This document shows, piece after piece, positions 41,221 to 51,814 of a DNA stretch of 64,000 bases (its first letter is position 1; every line of letters begins with the position of its first letter). The notes below the pieces were generated by a model, which searched no databases, was not told the DNA's origin, and saw nothing but the letters and a program-made list of their open reading frames with translations. The translations under genes and the position numbers were made by a program. Origin of the DNA: an uncultured Ignavibacteriales bacterium (GTDB taxonomy: Bacteria > Zixibacteria > MSB-5A5 > GN15 > FEB-12); contig CAYXJN010000002.1 of assembly GCA_964464605.1 (NCBI GenBank), positions 248,001 to 312,000 on the forward strand, given 5' to 3'.

Positions 41221-43401
41221 TTAACGCTTGGAGAGGATTTCTGAGAGAGTGCGGTGAAGCTCTGAGTTGCGGAAAAGCAGCTTCTGTGCGCCGGAGAGCC
41301 GCTCCTGAAAGTCTCGAATTCGCTCTATCGCCTGCGTATCACCGATATGAGCCAGACCCTTCACGGCGGCTAAATAGACATCGTCCTTGGAAAGCCCGCT
41401 TCCGGCAACTACCGATGAATCGGCGTTGAGAAGTTGGCTAAGGTAGCTGCGGGCCTCATCCCCGCCGATCCGGCTGACCGCCCCGATAACGCGTAGAAGC
41501 GCCTCAGGATGGCGTTGGGCGATATCGATAATCAATGGTACAGACTCGGTATTTCCGATTGCACCAAGCGCGGCGACGGAGGATTCACGAATTTCCCGGT
41601 CACTGTCATCAGCCATCAGACAGAGCAGGTCTACCGATGATTCAGTGCCGATCTTTTCAAGCGCGCTGACGATTTCCCGGCGGACGCGAACATCCCGGTC
41701 GGATATGTGCTGACGCAGCGGTGCGATACCGGCCTGATCCCGAAGACTGCCTAAGACAAATATAGAATTTCTGACAATAAACCATTTCGCATCCGGCAAC
41801 TCATGGCGATCCGGCGGACGCACGAATAGACTGCTGTCGGAAAGCATCCGCGAAAATACGACTAACGCACCCTTGCCCAATTCAGAAAGGATTTTGAGTG
41901 CGCCCTGGCGTACTTGGCGAATCGGGTGCGAGATAATTTCAGACAATGCAGAGGCAACTTCTTCCGAGCCGATTGTCGTTAACACTAAACGAATCTGCTG
42001 GGCGTGCGCATGATCCGCTTTGACCAGATCATCAACTAAGGCGGAGATAACTTCCGGACGGTTCAAATTCTCGAACACCTGCTTGATTGCGATTGAGTCA
42101 TAGATAGTAACGCCATCCTGAATCGACTTGCGTTCGTTTAAGGCGTTGCTGATATCCGCAAGCAGGCCGTATTGCTTTTCGGCAAGGGTACGACGGAACA
42201 ATGACCAGATTAGCGCGGAGTACTCGAAGGTTTCATCCTTCCAGTTAATCTTGTCGATGATCCGCTGGAAAACGGTCTGATAGACCGGTTCATCGACTTG
42301 TATACGGACAGTTTCAATTGAACCTAACAGCAAATCCAGTGCGGTCTGACGGGTACGCGGCTGTGCGGAAGAAAGCATATCGACGAGGTCGAACAATGTC
42401 TGGTTCGCTTTTCCTTTTTGCCCCGTTCTGAGCAAGCGCATGAAAGAAGACGAAAAGGTTGCGACGCTGTCGGTATACGCGCCATCTTCTTTCAGGGTAG
42501 CAAGCGTACGTTCGATGAAGCCAAACGCTTCATTGTGCAGCACATCCACTTTACCGGTTTCGCCGGCAGGCTGTGTCGACGCTTTATTAAACTGATTGAG
42601 ATTGAGCGCTTCTAAGATAGTATTCTTTTCCGGGTGGTAGTCGGTCAAGCGTAAGAGTGCACGGGTCTGTTCGGAAGGATTCTCGCCATCATTTGATTGC
42701 ATACTCTTTTTTAGCGCTAACTGAACATCCGCCGCTTTCAATCCGGCAATCCGTTCCGGCAGAAGATAGAGAATGATATCGTGATCAAAATCGATTCGTA
42801 CTTCACTTAAGGCTGTTTCACCGCGAACAAGGAAGTCGGCAAGTCGAAACGGATCATCACCGAGAGATTGCATCAAAATCGTTTTAGCGGAAAAATCACC
42901 GTTCACATCACCGCGGTACTGCTTGAAATCTTCAAAGAAATGAATCCCTGCTTCGCTGTTAATAGTCACCGAGGTGATTTTGTTACTTTTCAGCCAATTG
43001 TCGATACTGTTTCTCGGATCGTTTACATTGACACGGGTAACGAACCGGTCGAGGAAACGACAAAACTCTGTGGCGTTTAATGTACGCTCGAACAACAGAG
43101 AGCGAATTTCCAGAAGCTGCATATAGCGGATAATTTCCTCGGTGAAGACGCTTTCCTTCAAGCGAAAGTTCATCACGTACAGATGCCCTTGAATCAGATA
43201 GAAATGAACAAACCGGCGATAACGGAACAGCCAGTCTAATTCCAAGAACGGCTTTTCCGCCGCTTTGGAGGTCATCGGGTGATTGGCGCCGTAGATAGAG
43301 GCCTTGCGGCAGGCCATCGCCAACTCGCGAACGCAGTTATGCGCCGCTTCATTGAGATCAGGCGCTAAAAACTTATCTGATATCTGCCGAGGCGTTTTCA
43401 T
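41221..43401 (-). CDS. Large cytoplasmic HEAT-repeat protein
   Basis: C-terminal HEAT repeats (VRQGALKIL, VRREIVSALEKIG, IRESSVAALGAIG); start uncertain (43401 or 43461). Confidence 0.8.
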   Translation of the reverse strand: MKTPRQISDKFLAPDLNEAAHNCVRELAMACRKASIYGANHPMTSKAAEKPFLELDWLFRYRRFVHFYLIQGHLYVMNFRLKESVFTEEIIRYMQLLEIRSLLFERTLNATEFCRFLDRFVTRVNVNDPRNSIDNWLKSNKITSVTINSEAGIHFFEDFKQYRGDVNGDFSAKTILMQSLGDDPFRLADFLVRGETALSEVRIDFDHDIILYLLPERIAGLKAADVQLALKKSMQSNDGENPSEQTRALLRLTDYHPEKNTILEALNLNQFNKASTQPAGETGKVDVLHNEAFGFIERTLATLKEDGAYTDSVATFSSSFMRLLRTGQKGKANQTLFDLVDMLSSAQPRTRQTALDLLLGSIETVRIQVDEPVYQTVFQRIIDKINWKDETFEYSALIWSLFRRTLAEKQYGLLADISNALNERKSIQDGVTIYDSIAIKQVFENLNRPEVISALVDDLVKADHAHAQQIRLVLTTIGSEEVASALSEIISHPIRQVRQGALKILSELGKGALVVFSRMLSDSSLFVRPPDRHELPDAKWFIVRNSIFVLGSLRDQAGIAPLRQHISDRDVRVRREIVSALEKIGTESSVDLLCLMADDSDREIRESSVAALGAIGNTESVPLIIDIAQRHPEALLRVIGAVSRIGGDEARSYLSQLLNADSSVVAGSGLSKDDVYLAAVKGLAHIGDTQAIERIRDFQERLSGAQKLLFRNSELHRTLSEILSKR

Positions 43402-44521
43402 TTCTCTTCCCGAAACAATGGATATATCCTTTATCAGTCGCAACAAAGACTGACTGTTCATTGGCAATCGGAGCTACCGAAATCGCGCCGATAAGCTGAC
43501 GCTGGTCTATTACACTTCCGTTCACAGCATTGAGCGTCAGCAAGCGGCCGGTCATCGAACCGATTACTACGACTTCACCGACAACGATCGGAGATGCTTT
43601 GCAGACATCGATAACTTCGCATTTCCACCGTAATGAACCGGTCTGCGCATCCAACGCTAAAATTGAACCGGTGCTGGCGACAAGATAGATCATGCCATGA
43701 TCAACCGCCGGAGCCGACCAGATTGTCGCGCTGGTTTCGACCTGCCAGATGATACTGCCGGTGGCTGGATTGATGCTGTAGACCGTTCCCGTAACATCCG
43801 AGCAGTAGATTGCATCATCGACGACGACATTGTTGACGACATCACCATTCAATTTGGTTTCGAATACCAGCTTACCGGTTTCGCTGCTGATACCGTATAT
43901 GACGTTGTTATCAGCCGGCTGAATGATTGTTTCGTTATGAAACACCGGCGGAGCGGTAATACGGCCTTCGGTTTGGTATGTCCAGTTTACTTTACCGTCG
44001 ATTATTCTAAACGAAGTCAACGCACCGTCTCCCGTACTCAGAATGAGGTTATTCTTTACTACTATCGACCCGGCAGAAGCATCCTTTACTCCCCTCTTCC
44101 AAAGTAATCTGTTCTTTGAAAGTCTGATCGCCCGAAGCATATTTTTAGGCGGTGAGGTAGCGAAGAGTAACAGAGTATCAGCAAACATGGCGCCGGTCTG
44201 GGGAGCGCCGGAGGTTTTGACCGAGGCTATCATCTCTCCGGAGTCAGCCTGAAATAATTGCAGCTTCCCTTTGGCATTGGGGTAGACAACGCAATTGCCA
44301 TACAGCGAAAGCGGACCGCAGGGACGGCCGGAAATACGGTCTTCCCAGACGATATCTAATTTTCCGGTAAAAGAGGAAGCATCCACGCTTCCGGTGGCCG
44401 AAAGTTCGTTGCGATAATACGGCCAGGCTGATGCCTTATCTGAAATCGGCACCTTGCTCGGTACACAGGAAACCAGGAGCTGCATCAACCCCAAAAAACA
44501 AATCAGCTGAAACCTGTTCAT
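43373..44521 (-). CDS. PQQ-like beta-propeller lipoprotein (BamB-like)
   Basis: Lipobox LLVSC, repeated A/G-x-x-x-W propeller motifs; TAATG coupling to the upstream Omp85 gene. Confidence 0.85.
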   Translation of the reverse strand: MNRFQLICFLGLMQLLVSCVPSKVPISDKASAWPYYRNELSATGSVDASSFTGKLDIVWEDRISGRPCGPLSLYGNCVVYPNAKGKLQLFQADSGEMIASVKTSGAPQTGAMFADTLLLFATSPPKNMLRAIRLSKNRLLWKRGVKDASAGSIVVKNNLILSTGDGALTSFRIIDGKVNWTYQTEGRITAPPVFHNETIIQPADNNVIYGISSETGKLVFETKLNGDVVNNVVVDDAIYCSDVTGTVYSINPATGSIIWQVETSATIWSAPAVDHGMIYLVASTGSILALDAQTGSLRWKCEVIDVCKASPIVVGEVVVIGSMTGRLLTLNAVNGSVIDQRQLIGAISVAPIANEQSVFVATDKGYIHCFGKRNENASADIR

Positions 44522-47361
44522 TAGAAATTCCACCCGAAGAAAAAGTCAAAATCGGTGTGCGGATCAATAGTGTGAAAATCGGTCCGGTGCGTGAAATCAA
44601 AACGCAACAGGACAATCGGACCGAAGGCTACTCGGAACCCGCCTCCCATTGCACCGAGGAATTGATCGAACTCATCATCCCATGCCGATCCGGCATCAAA
44701 GTACAGGGCACCGCGAATAGCCTGAAAATCCAAGCCGCCTATGGGAAACCCGATGAGCAAAGCATCGATGAGCGGAAAACGAAGTTCGTGCGAAGCAAAC
44801 AGCACATTGCGATTGTAGAAGGCATCCCGATCATATCCACGGAATGACCAACTCCCGCCGAAATAAATCCGCTCCGGCTCTACACCGTCTGAGGTGTATC
44901 CAAACAACCGGCTGGCGAACGCGCTATTTTTACCCAAACGGAAATAGTGACGAACATCGGCGAAAGCGACCCGGTTATAATTTCTGCCTTCATTCACGCC
45001 GTTGGTCATACCGACAGTGAAATTGTAGCGGCGCCCTTCGATCGGCCCGGAAATATCCCAGAGTGAATTATCATAGACCCAACTGACGAGATTCGTGAAC
45101 AAGAATGCTTCCCGCGATCCCAAGCCATACAACCTATCCTTCTTTGAATATCGGGCATAGGTGGTGAAATCAAAGCGATGGAATTTTGAAATAGGGTAAC
45201 GGAAAATGGACAACACACCCGCTTCCCGCTCGAAATAGTAATAGTCTTCATCGTTGTAGTATTCATCGTAGAGATGGTAGGCCCCCAATCCCCAATTCAA
45301 TCGCCGTTCCCGGTTGATATACGTCACGCCGAAATTGATGGAGGACAGAATATCATCATTCGTTTCCGCGGTGTTTGCCAATAACAAATAAAATGTTTTG
45401 TTGCCGAGCATATCGGAGATCATCGCCTGCAAACCGCCGACCGAACCGTAGACCGGATCATAGCCGATACTCGACTGTGCGATATCGAAGGAATAATCAG
45501 TATCGTACTTGATAGTCGCATCACTGACTTTACCGTCGATCTTTTCAGGCTGCCAATCCCGCTCTGCGCCGACCGCGAATTGTTCGATCGGTTTCGGTTC
45601 TTCCGGCAGATCCATGTGAAAAATCTGGAAACTCATATTCTGGTATCCGGTGTAAACTAACCGTTTGCCGTCGGATGTAAGTCGCGGATCGAACGCGCCG
45701 GTAACATAGGTCGACTGACGGGTCAACGTTCCGGCTGAATCCAAGAGAAACAGATTAAACGTGCCTTCTCTGTCCGACGAAAAATAGATACCGCGCGTAG
45801 TCGGTTCGGGAGAGTCATCTTTGAATTTCCCATAAGTCAACTGCGTGACTTCGCCGGAACTTATGACGACGCGAAAAATGTTACGCGCTCCCTTTTCCCC
45901 GTCATGCGTTCTGTCAGAGGCGAACAAGATCGCTTCACTGTTCAGGGAAAAGGCGGGTTCGGCGTCGTTGTAGATATCACTCGTCAAACGCCGAAAAGAA
46001 CCGGTACTCAGTTCGACAATGTAGAGATCATAAAATCCGGAGGCTGTCGCTCCCGAAAAAACCGCCTTTGTACCATCCGGTGAAAAACGGGGAGACTGAA
46101 TCGAAACGAGACTGTCGAATTCAAAGCGGCGAACAACATCCTTTTTTGTAATATCATATAAATACAAAACATCCTGCTCTTTCGATTTCGACGAGAACAG
46201 TACGTGTCCGGTATTGTTGGCATCGATTCCGGAGCGCAGCAAGTGAAGCGATTCAAACTCGGTGGAACGTTCCCCCTTTATCAGACGATGAATCGTTTTC
46301 TCGCCGCTCAAAGGCTGCATATAAATACCGGAATAACCGTACCGGTTGGCTTTATAGACGACCCAGTCACGTTCACCGCTGCCGTCATCCCAACGGATAG
46401 GCACCGCCTTGACACAAAACCCATCCTTCGTAATCCGTTTTGATTCCATGTCTGGCAGTTCGAGTTCTTCGATTTGTGGGAAGTAGCGTTTCTTGAGACT
46501 GTATTCCCATTTCTTGGAAAGCTCGTTCAGATTGTCGCCGAGGGTGAGCTTGACCACATCATCGAAGCTTCTCCCCTTATGCCAGTTATCCCAGATGAGG
46601 GTCAGTTTGTCCGGACCGTACGCAGAGTCGATAAACCCGCAAATCGATTCCCCGAGCTTGTACATGAAATAAGAGCCCTGCACACGATAGAGATTCGGGA
46701 TGGTGACCAGTTTATTGTTTAGCACCATATCCTTGATAATCATGTCCGCTTCGGTATCCCATTTTTGCGACCAGTATTCGGCGATACCCTCCGTAAACCA
46801 AAGCGGCGGATATCCGGCGCGGACTCTTCCCCGGCGGGACAAGTTTTCGTCTAAAATCGAAAGCGTGAAAACGTGCACTAATTCATGGCGGATAACATGA
46901 TCGAAATCATGGTATGCCCCGCTGAACGGCACCACCACCCGCCCTTTGAGAAATTCGGTAAATCCGCCGACGCTTTCCGGAAGCAGCCCGCCTATAACAT
47001 TGGTCTGGCTGAAATAGCCGGGGGTGGCATAGAAAATAAGCGGGATTTTGCGGGTTACTTCATGATTGAACCGGGCGGCCAAAATGCGGTAGGAATCCTC
47101 GGCTATTTTCGCCCCCATCTGCGCAATTTCCTTTTCCTCAGGATAGTAATAGACACGGAAATGCTCGGTGGTCATCACCTGCCAGTCAAAACGGGTGTAC
47201 TGAACTTTGTTTTTTCCGTAATAAGACTGTGCCTGCAAAGCCCTGTTTATGACACAAGAAAACAACAGCGCAAAAACGACTACAGAAGCAAACGGGAATA
47301 TGCGGACGTGGGTAATACGGGGTCTCATGGTGGAATAGAGTTTGAGCCGTGTCCTGTTCAT
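44521..47361 (-). CDS. Peptidase MA-like + TolB/PD40 propeller + Omp85 (BamA/TamA-type) barrel outer membrane protein
   Basis: HELVH...PLWFTEGIAEY gluzincin motif, PRFSPDG propeller repeats, GGSWSFRGY lid-lock-like motif, ELRFPL, C-terminal FGWNF. Confidence 0.85.
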   Translation of the reverse strand: MNRTRLKLYSTMRPRITHVRIFPFASVVVFALLFSCVINRALQAQSYYGKNKVQYTRFDWQVMTTEHFRVYYYPEEKEIAQMGAKIAEDSYRILAARFNHEVTRKIPLIFYATPGYFSQTNVIGGLLPESVGGFTEFLKGRVVVPFSGAYHDFDHVIRHELVHVFTLSILDENLSRRGRVRAGYPPLWFTEGIAEYWSQKWDTEADMIIKDMVLNNKLVTIPNLYRVQGSYFMYKLGESICGFIDSAYGPDKLTLIWDNWHKGRSFDDVVKLTLGDNLNELSKKWEYSLKKRYFPQIEELELPDMESKRITKDGFCVKAVPIRWDDGSGERDWVVYKANRYGYSGIYMQPLSGEKTIHRLIKGERSTEFESLHLLRSGIDANNTGHVLFSSKSKEQDVLYLYDITKKDVVRRFEFDSLVSIQSPRFSPDGTKAVFSGATASGFYDLYIVELSTGSFRRLTSDIYNDAEPAFSLNSEAILFASDRTHDGEKGARNIFRVVISSGEVTQLTYGKFKDDSPEPTTRGIYFSSDREGTFNLFLLDSAGTLTRQSTYVTGAFDPRLTSDGKRLVYTGYQNMSFQIFHMDLPEEPKPIEQFAVGAERDWQPEKIDGKVSDATIKYDTDYSFDIAQSSIGYDPVYGSVGGLQAMISDMLGNKTFYLLLANTAETNDDILSSINFGVTYINRERRLNWGLGAYHLYDEYYNDEDYYYFEREAGVLSIFRYPISKFHRFDFTTYARYSKKDRLYGLGSREAFLFTNLVSWVYDNSLWDISGPIEGRRYNFTVGMTNGVNEGRNYNRVAFADVRHYFRLGKNSAFASRLFGYTSDGVEPERIYFGGSWSFRGYDRDAFYNRNVLFASHELRFPLIDALLIGFPIGGLDFQAIRGALYFDAGSAWDDEFDQFLGAMGGGFRVAFGPIVLLRFDFTHRTDFHTIDPHTDFDFFFGWNF

Positions 47362-47496
47362 TGACGCCTGATAGGCTGATTCCGTTCAGTTATAGATAAT
47401 CTAATCGATTCTCTCTATATCGGAAAGTACCGCTCGGGGCTGTAATGCGAACTGATGTAAATAGCTATCCCGTATAGGTAGAACAGGCCGAATAGC

Positions 47497-49104
47497 CTAA
47501 CGGGTTTCCTGAATTTGGCAAATTTCTTTAACGGCTTCTGCAAGCGTGTCGGCAACGGTGATACCCGCCAGGAACCGGTCATCTGATTCGGCTGCTTTCT
47601 GGGCTGATCGGTCGCCGTACCCGGTTCGAACCAGAACAGGCTTTCCTCCGGCCGTTCGGGCAAGGTGAAGGTCGTCGAGCTTATCCCCTATGACAAATGA
47701 CCCTCGCCGGTCGATATCCCAGCGACGTGCCGCCTCTTCTATCATCCCGGGAGCCGGTTTCCGGCGCTGGGAATGACGGGAAAACTCAGCAACTGAGCCG
47801 TCAATATAGTCAGGGCAGTAGAGAATATCATCGATACGGACTCCTGTCTCGGCTAAAAGCTGTTTTACCCGGTCATTGACCCGCTCGACATCGGTTATCG
47901 TCAAAAGTCCTCTTGCGACACCAGACTGATTGGAAACGACAATGAGACGATATCCCTTTTCGGCGGCCTGCCTGAGCGCTTCACCCGCACCCGGGGTCAG
48001 AACGACCTGATCAGGGTCTTTGAGGAAATGTTTTTCCTCAATCAATGTTCCATCCCGATCAATAAACAAGGCTGGTCTGAGTTTTTTCGAACGAGTCAGA
48101 AGCGATGTTGCGGCGTTGACCACATCTGCAGAAGTAATCGCCTCGAAACAATATTGACGGTCACGAAAACAGGGTTTGCTGCCGTGCAAACTACACGGCC
48201 GGCACCAGACCGGAGCGTCCAACACAACATCAAATTGTCCGCGCGGCGCGAAGCCGAGAGATGGATGTGTCGGGCCGAATAGAGAAATAACAGGTATACC
48301 GACCGCTGATGACAGATGCGCCACGCCGGAATCATTTGCGATAGTTACCTTTCCTTTCGCAATCACCGCCGTCAATGACGGCCACGATAGACCGGTGCAG
48401 ATATGCAGATGCGGCGGCGGGACATTCTGCGCTAACAATCGCTCGGCTCCTTCGTTGGTTTTCGTTACCAGCCATACAATTGCGACACCGGATTGCTCAT
48501 GCAGCGCTTTTGCTATCTGAATAAAGCGTTCGACCGGATATGTTTTCGCAGCGTGAGCGGCATCGGGCGCGATACAGATATAGCCATTCTCTTTTCCGAA
48601 TCCCGTCGGGATTTCTTGGTGAATGTTCCGCAATGTCCGACCGGCGATCATCGGTCGCTGCAGATATGGGTACTTTCCTAACTCGGTAATTGTGCTGTTG
48701 TACAAATCAATCGTGTGCGGCGAGCATTGCGGGTACTGTTTTGTTTTGACTATCCGACTTCGTTCGATCCTCCGTTTTGGATACACTAATTTCTGTGATG
48801 CGTAGGTCAGCGTTCGCGTCAACCATGAGCGCGGGTTGCCGTGCAGGTCAATAATCAGATCATACGAGGGGGGATCGAGCGTTAAGAATGAACGGAAATA
48901 GGAAAAGGAATCGAGATCATCGGAAATCGTGCGGAGTTCGTCGACACCGTCGAACATTTCAACCAACGACCGATACCGTTCTTTGGTTAAAAAGGTAATC
49001 TGGCTGTTCGGATAATGAATTTTAAGATTAATCAGTACCGGCGTGGTCAGCACAAGGTCGCCGAACGAGCCGAAACGAATCAAAAGAATGCGAACAGGGG
49101 ACAT
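47497..49104 (-). CDS. Fusion of a GT9 LPS heptosyltransferase and a GmhB-type heptose-bisphosphate phosphatase
   Basis: SFGDLVL, DLH, NDSGVAH, LFGPT (GT9); IDRDGTL, SNQSGVARG, RKPAPGM, IGDK (GmhB). Confidence 0.88.
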   Translation of the reverse strand: MSPVRILLIRFGSFGDLVLTTPVLINLKIHYPNSQITFLTKERYRSLVEMFDGVDELRTISDDLDSFSYFRSFLTLDPPSYDLIIDLHGNPRSWLTRTLTYASQKLVYPKRRIERSRIVKTKQYPQCSPHTIDLYNSTITELGKYPYLQRPMIAGRTLRNIHQEIPTGFGKENGYICIAPDAAHAAKTYPVERFIQIAKALHEQSGVAIVWLVTKTNEGAERLLAQNVPPPHLHICTGLSWPSLTAVIAKGKVTIANDSGVAHLSSAVGIPVISLFGPTHPSLGFAPRGQFDVVLDAPVWCRPCSLHGSKPCFRDRQYCFEAITSADVVNAATSLLTRSKKLRPALFIDRDGTLIEEKHFLKDPDQVVLTPGAGEALRQAAEKGYRLIVVSNQSGVARGLLTITDVERVNDRVKQLLAETGVRIDDILYCPDYIDGSVAEFSRHSQRRKPAPGMIEEAARRWDIDRRGSFVIGDKLDDLHLARTAGGKPVLVRTGYGDRSAQKAAESDDRFLAGITVADTLAEAVKEICQIQETR

Positions 49105-49877
49105 CAAGAGAAAAGATACATACCAAACAACCCGGCCGCAAAGCAGTAGATTGCGAAATAGATGAGCTTGGCGCGCTTGATGGCATCAAGCACTAAATAA
49201 ACTGCCAGCAGGCCGAAGAGAAACGAGCAGATCGTTGCCAGTGTGTACGGCAGTACTAAATCCGATGCAATCGCGGTAATTTTTGGAATTTCCAGCACGA
49301 TTGCTCCAAAAATAACCGGAATAGAAAGAATAAAGGAAAACTCCGCCGCTTCGCTCGGCTTTACCCCCATCAATACACCGGGAGCAATGGTCGAACCGGA
49401 GCGGGATATACCGGGAATAATCGCTACCGCCTGTCCGATACCGATTATCAACGCCTTAAAGAACGTAATCCGCTTTTCACCATGCTTCACGAATTGAATC
49501 GGCAAAAGAATAACGCCGGAGAGCACAAGCTGCCATGAAGTCGCAAACGGATCGCCGAACTGTGCCTCGAACAGATCTTTTAGCAAAACACCGGCTACTG
49601 CGGCGGGAATGGTGGCGACAATGATTCCGGCAACATAGCGGCGGCTTTCCTGTGACCGCTCACCGACCAACCCGGTCGTAAGCGCCCAGAGTTTTTTGCG
49701 GAAGTAGACCAGTACGGCCAGAAGCGTTCCGGCATGCACCAGCACTTCAAACTGTACACCCGGTTGTTTGACGTTGAGCAAAACTTCGGCAAACACCAAG
49801 TGTGCCGACGATGAAACCGGCAAAAACTCGGTTAATCCCTGGATCGTACCAAGGATTAACCCGTCCAAAATTGTCAT
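49104..49877 (-). CDS. uppP: Undecaprenyl-diphosphatase
   Basis: QGLTEFLPVSSSAH, PGISRSGST, AEFSF. Confidence 0.95.
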   Translation of the reverse strand: MTILDGLILGTIQGLTEFLPVSSSAHLVFAEVLLNVKQPGVQFEVLVHAGTLLAVLVYFRKKLWALTTGLVGERSQESRRYVAGIIVATIPAAVAGVLLKDLFEAQFGDPFATSWQLVLSGVILLPIQFVKHGEKRITFFKALIIGIGQAVAIIPGISRSGSTIAPGVLMGVKPSEAAEFSFILSIPVIFGAIVLEIPKITAIASDLVLPYTLATICSFLFGLLAVYLVLDAIKRAKLIYFAIYCFAAGLFGMYLFS

Positions 49878-49912
49878 GATTGAATCAACTGTTTCAAGTG
49901 CAGTGAATCGGT

Positions 49913-50521
49913 TTAAAATACCGCGAATTCAAGTCCTAAGAAAAGGCCGTCGTTGCCGTCAAGCTGAAACTCGGCAAAGGTATTCAGGGTTTTAGTGATC
50001 CCCCATTTCACGCCGCCGTTCAAACCGACCTCCAGATCGGAATCATCACCGCCGTCAACCAAACGAACGTTGAACCGGCCGTATGGTGCAAGTGTTTGGC
50101 CGTTGTTCAAAATAAAGTCGCGCGACCCGGCAACCGCTCCGCCTATCTGAACGACGGAAACACCGGCATCAAAATACTCCAGTAAACCGCCTATTGCTAA
50201 ATCAAACGGCGCGTTGGCGCTGCCGCCGGCGTCCATGAGCTGGTACATAACATCTGCACCTAACGCCATCTCGGTATCTCCACCACCATCGACTAAGCCG
50301 AGTTTCACACGGCCATCCAGATAATTTGCCAACCCGTATTTGAGTGTGCCGGTAAAGGAAGTGGCATCGGCAATTCCGACGCCAAACCCAAGATATCCCT
50401 GTCCCATGCCGATCGACCGTGCTGTTGATAAATACCCGAATGCGGAACCTATCGATGAACCGGCGTATGCCGAATGCGCTAAAACAATAATTACGGCAAC
50501 CGCCGAAAGAATCCGTTTCAT
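49913..50521 (-). CDS. Outer membrane beta-barrel protein
   Basis: Signal peptide, Gly/aromatic beta-strands, C-terminal Phe. Confidence 0.7.
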   Translation of the reverse strand: MKRILSAVAVIIVLAHSAYAGSSIGSAFGYLSTARSIGMGQGYLGFGVGIADATSFTGTLKYGLANYLDGRVKLGLVDGGGDTEMALGADVMYQLMDAGGSANAPFDLAIGGLLEYFDAGVSVVQIGGAVAGSRDFILNNGQTLAPYGRFNVRLVDGGDDSDLEVGLNGGVKWGITKTLNTFAEFQLDGNDGLFLGLEFAVF

Positions 50522-50634
50522 GTGCTCGTTTCCTTTATTTTTCTGTGCGAAGTTTTCAGTCTCTTATACGGAATTGTAGGCGAAAGTTCGCATAAAAGTC
50601 AACAAAAGAGTCCCGCGAACTCAGCGCACCTTCT

Positions 50635-51750
50635 CTACTCATCCCCTTGCAAATAACGTAGCGCTTCCCGCGTTAACCGCTCTTTATCAAATCCCTGCAG
50701 ATCTGCCTGCGAAAGAAAACTGAGAAAGCTGGTATCGAGCCGTCCGATAGCGCTGCGACCAAACGCAACAGGTGAGTCATCCGTTTTTTCTTTTTCGATT
50801 CGAATATCCAACGAGAAACTTTTTTGCTTTAGCTCAGCGATACGATCCCCCGGAATCGTTTGCAGCATCTCCGGCGTTGCTCCTTCCAGTTTCACCCGCA
50901 CGATTTTATCGGCGCTATCCACTGCGGCAAGCTGCTCTTCTAAAATCTTTACGACTTGGTCTCCCCGCTTCCCGGCGACATTGATACTTTTCATATCCAC
51001 CATTTCGCGGGTGTGAACCTCATGGAAGCGAACGGAAAACGGTTTGAGATCGACTTCGATAAATCCTTTCTGTGCCGTTCGCTCTGCTTGCGACAACCGC
51101 TCTGTCGAGCCGCTATACCAGGCTCGCGGAGCTACCTGACAATAGTTATGAAAATGTCCGAGCGCGGTGTAATCGAACCCGCTCATCACTTCCAGCGGGA
51201 ACTCCTGCTCACCCAGATCGAGCATTGAAAACTCCGGCATTCCTGCCGCTACGCCGTGCATAACCAGCACATTGAATTCGACATTCTTGTCCGGTACTGT
51301 TTTTTTTAATTCTTCCTTCTGAATTTCCGTGGTCAGACAATGCGGTAATGCGAAGATTTTGACATTGCCGATAGTAAACGGCACCAAACGGGATGCGCTT
51401 GCGATATGCAGATTTTCAATCTGACGGTAAATATCGAGGGCCGCGCCATAGTGCGGCTGTTTGGGAGCATCGTGATTCCCGGTGATGATCACCGTCGGGA
51501 TTTTGGCAGCTTCCGCTAAACGGTGCAGCTGCTCACCCGCGATCGCAAGAATGCGATTGTGCGGACGGACGGTGTCGAAAATATCTCCCGCATGGATAAC
51601 CACATCAGGCCGTATCGCGATAATCTTATCAATCGCTTCGATAAATCCGGCGACGATATCTTCCTGTCTGAGTGTTAGACCGCGTTCATTGCGAACCGGG
51701 TGGTTGTCCCCAGCTCCTAAATGCGTATCGGCAAGGTGGCATAGTTTCAT
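50635..51750 (-). CDS. sbcD: SbcD/Mre11 family DNA repair nuclease
   Basis: ADTHLG, AGDIFD, GNHD, MHG, ALGHFH, YSGSTE metallophosphoesterase motifs. Confidence 0.85.
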   Translation of the reverse strand: MKLCHLADTHLGAGDNHPVRNERGLTLRQEDIVAGFIEAIDKIIAIRPDVVIHAGDIFDTVRPHNRILAIAGEQLHRLAEAAKIPTVIITGNHDAPKQPHYGAALDIYRQIENLHIASASRLVPFTIGNVKIFALPHCLTTEIQKEELKKTVPDKNVEFNVLVMHGVAAGMPEFSMLDLGEQEFPLEVMSGFDYTALGHFHNYCQVAPRAWYSGSTERLSQAERTAQKGFIEVDLKPFSVRFHEVHTREMVDMKSINVAGKRGDQVVKILEEQLAAVDSADKIVRVKLEGATPEMLQTIPGDRIAELKQKSFSLDIRIEKEKTDDSPVAFGRSAIGRLDTSFLSFLSQADLQGFDKERLTREALRYLQGDE

Positions 51751-51814
51751 GCCGCCAAGATATTACTTTGTTATGTCAGAGGAAACACCCATCTGAACGA
51801 TGGGTTAAACGATC

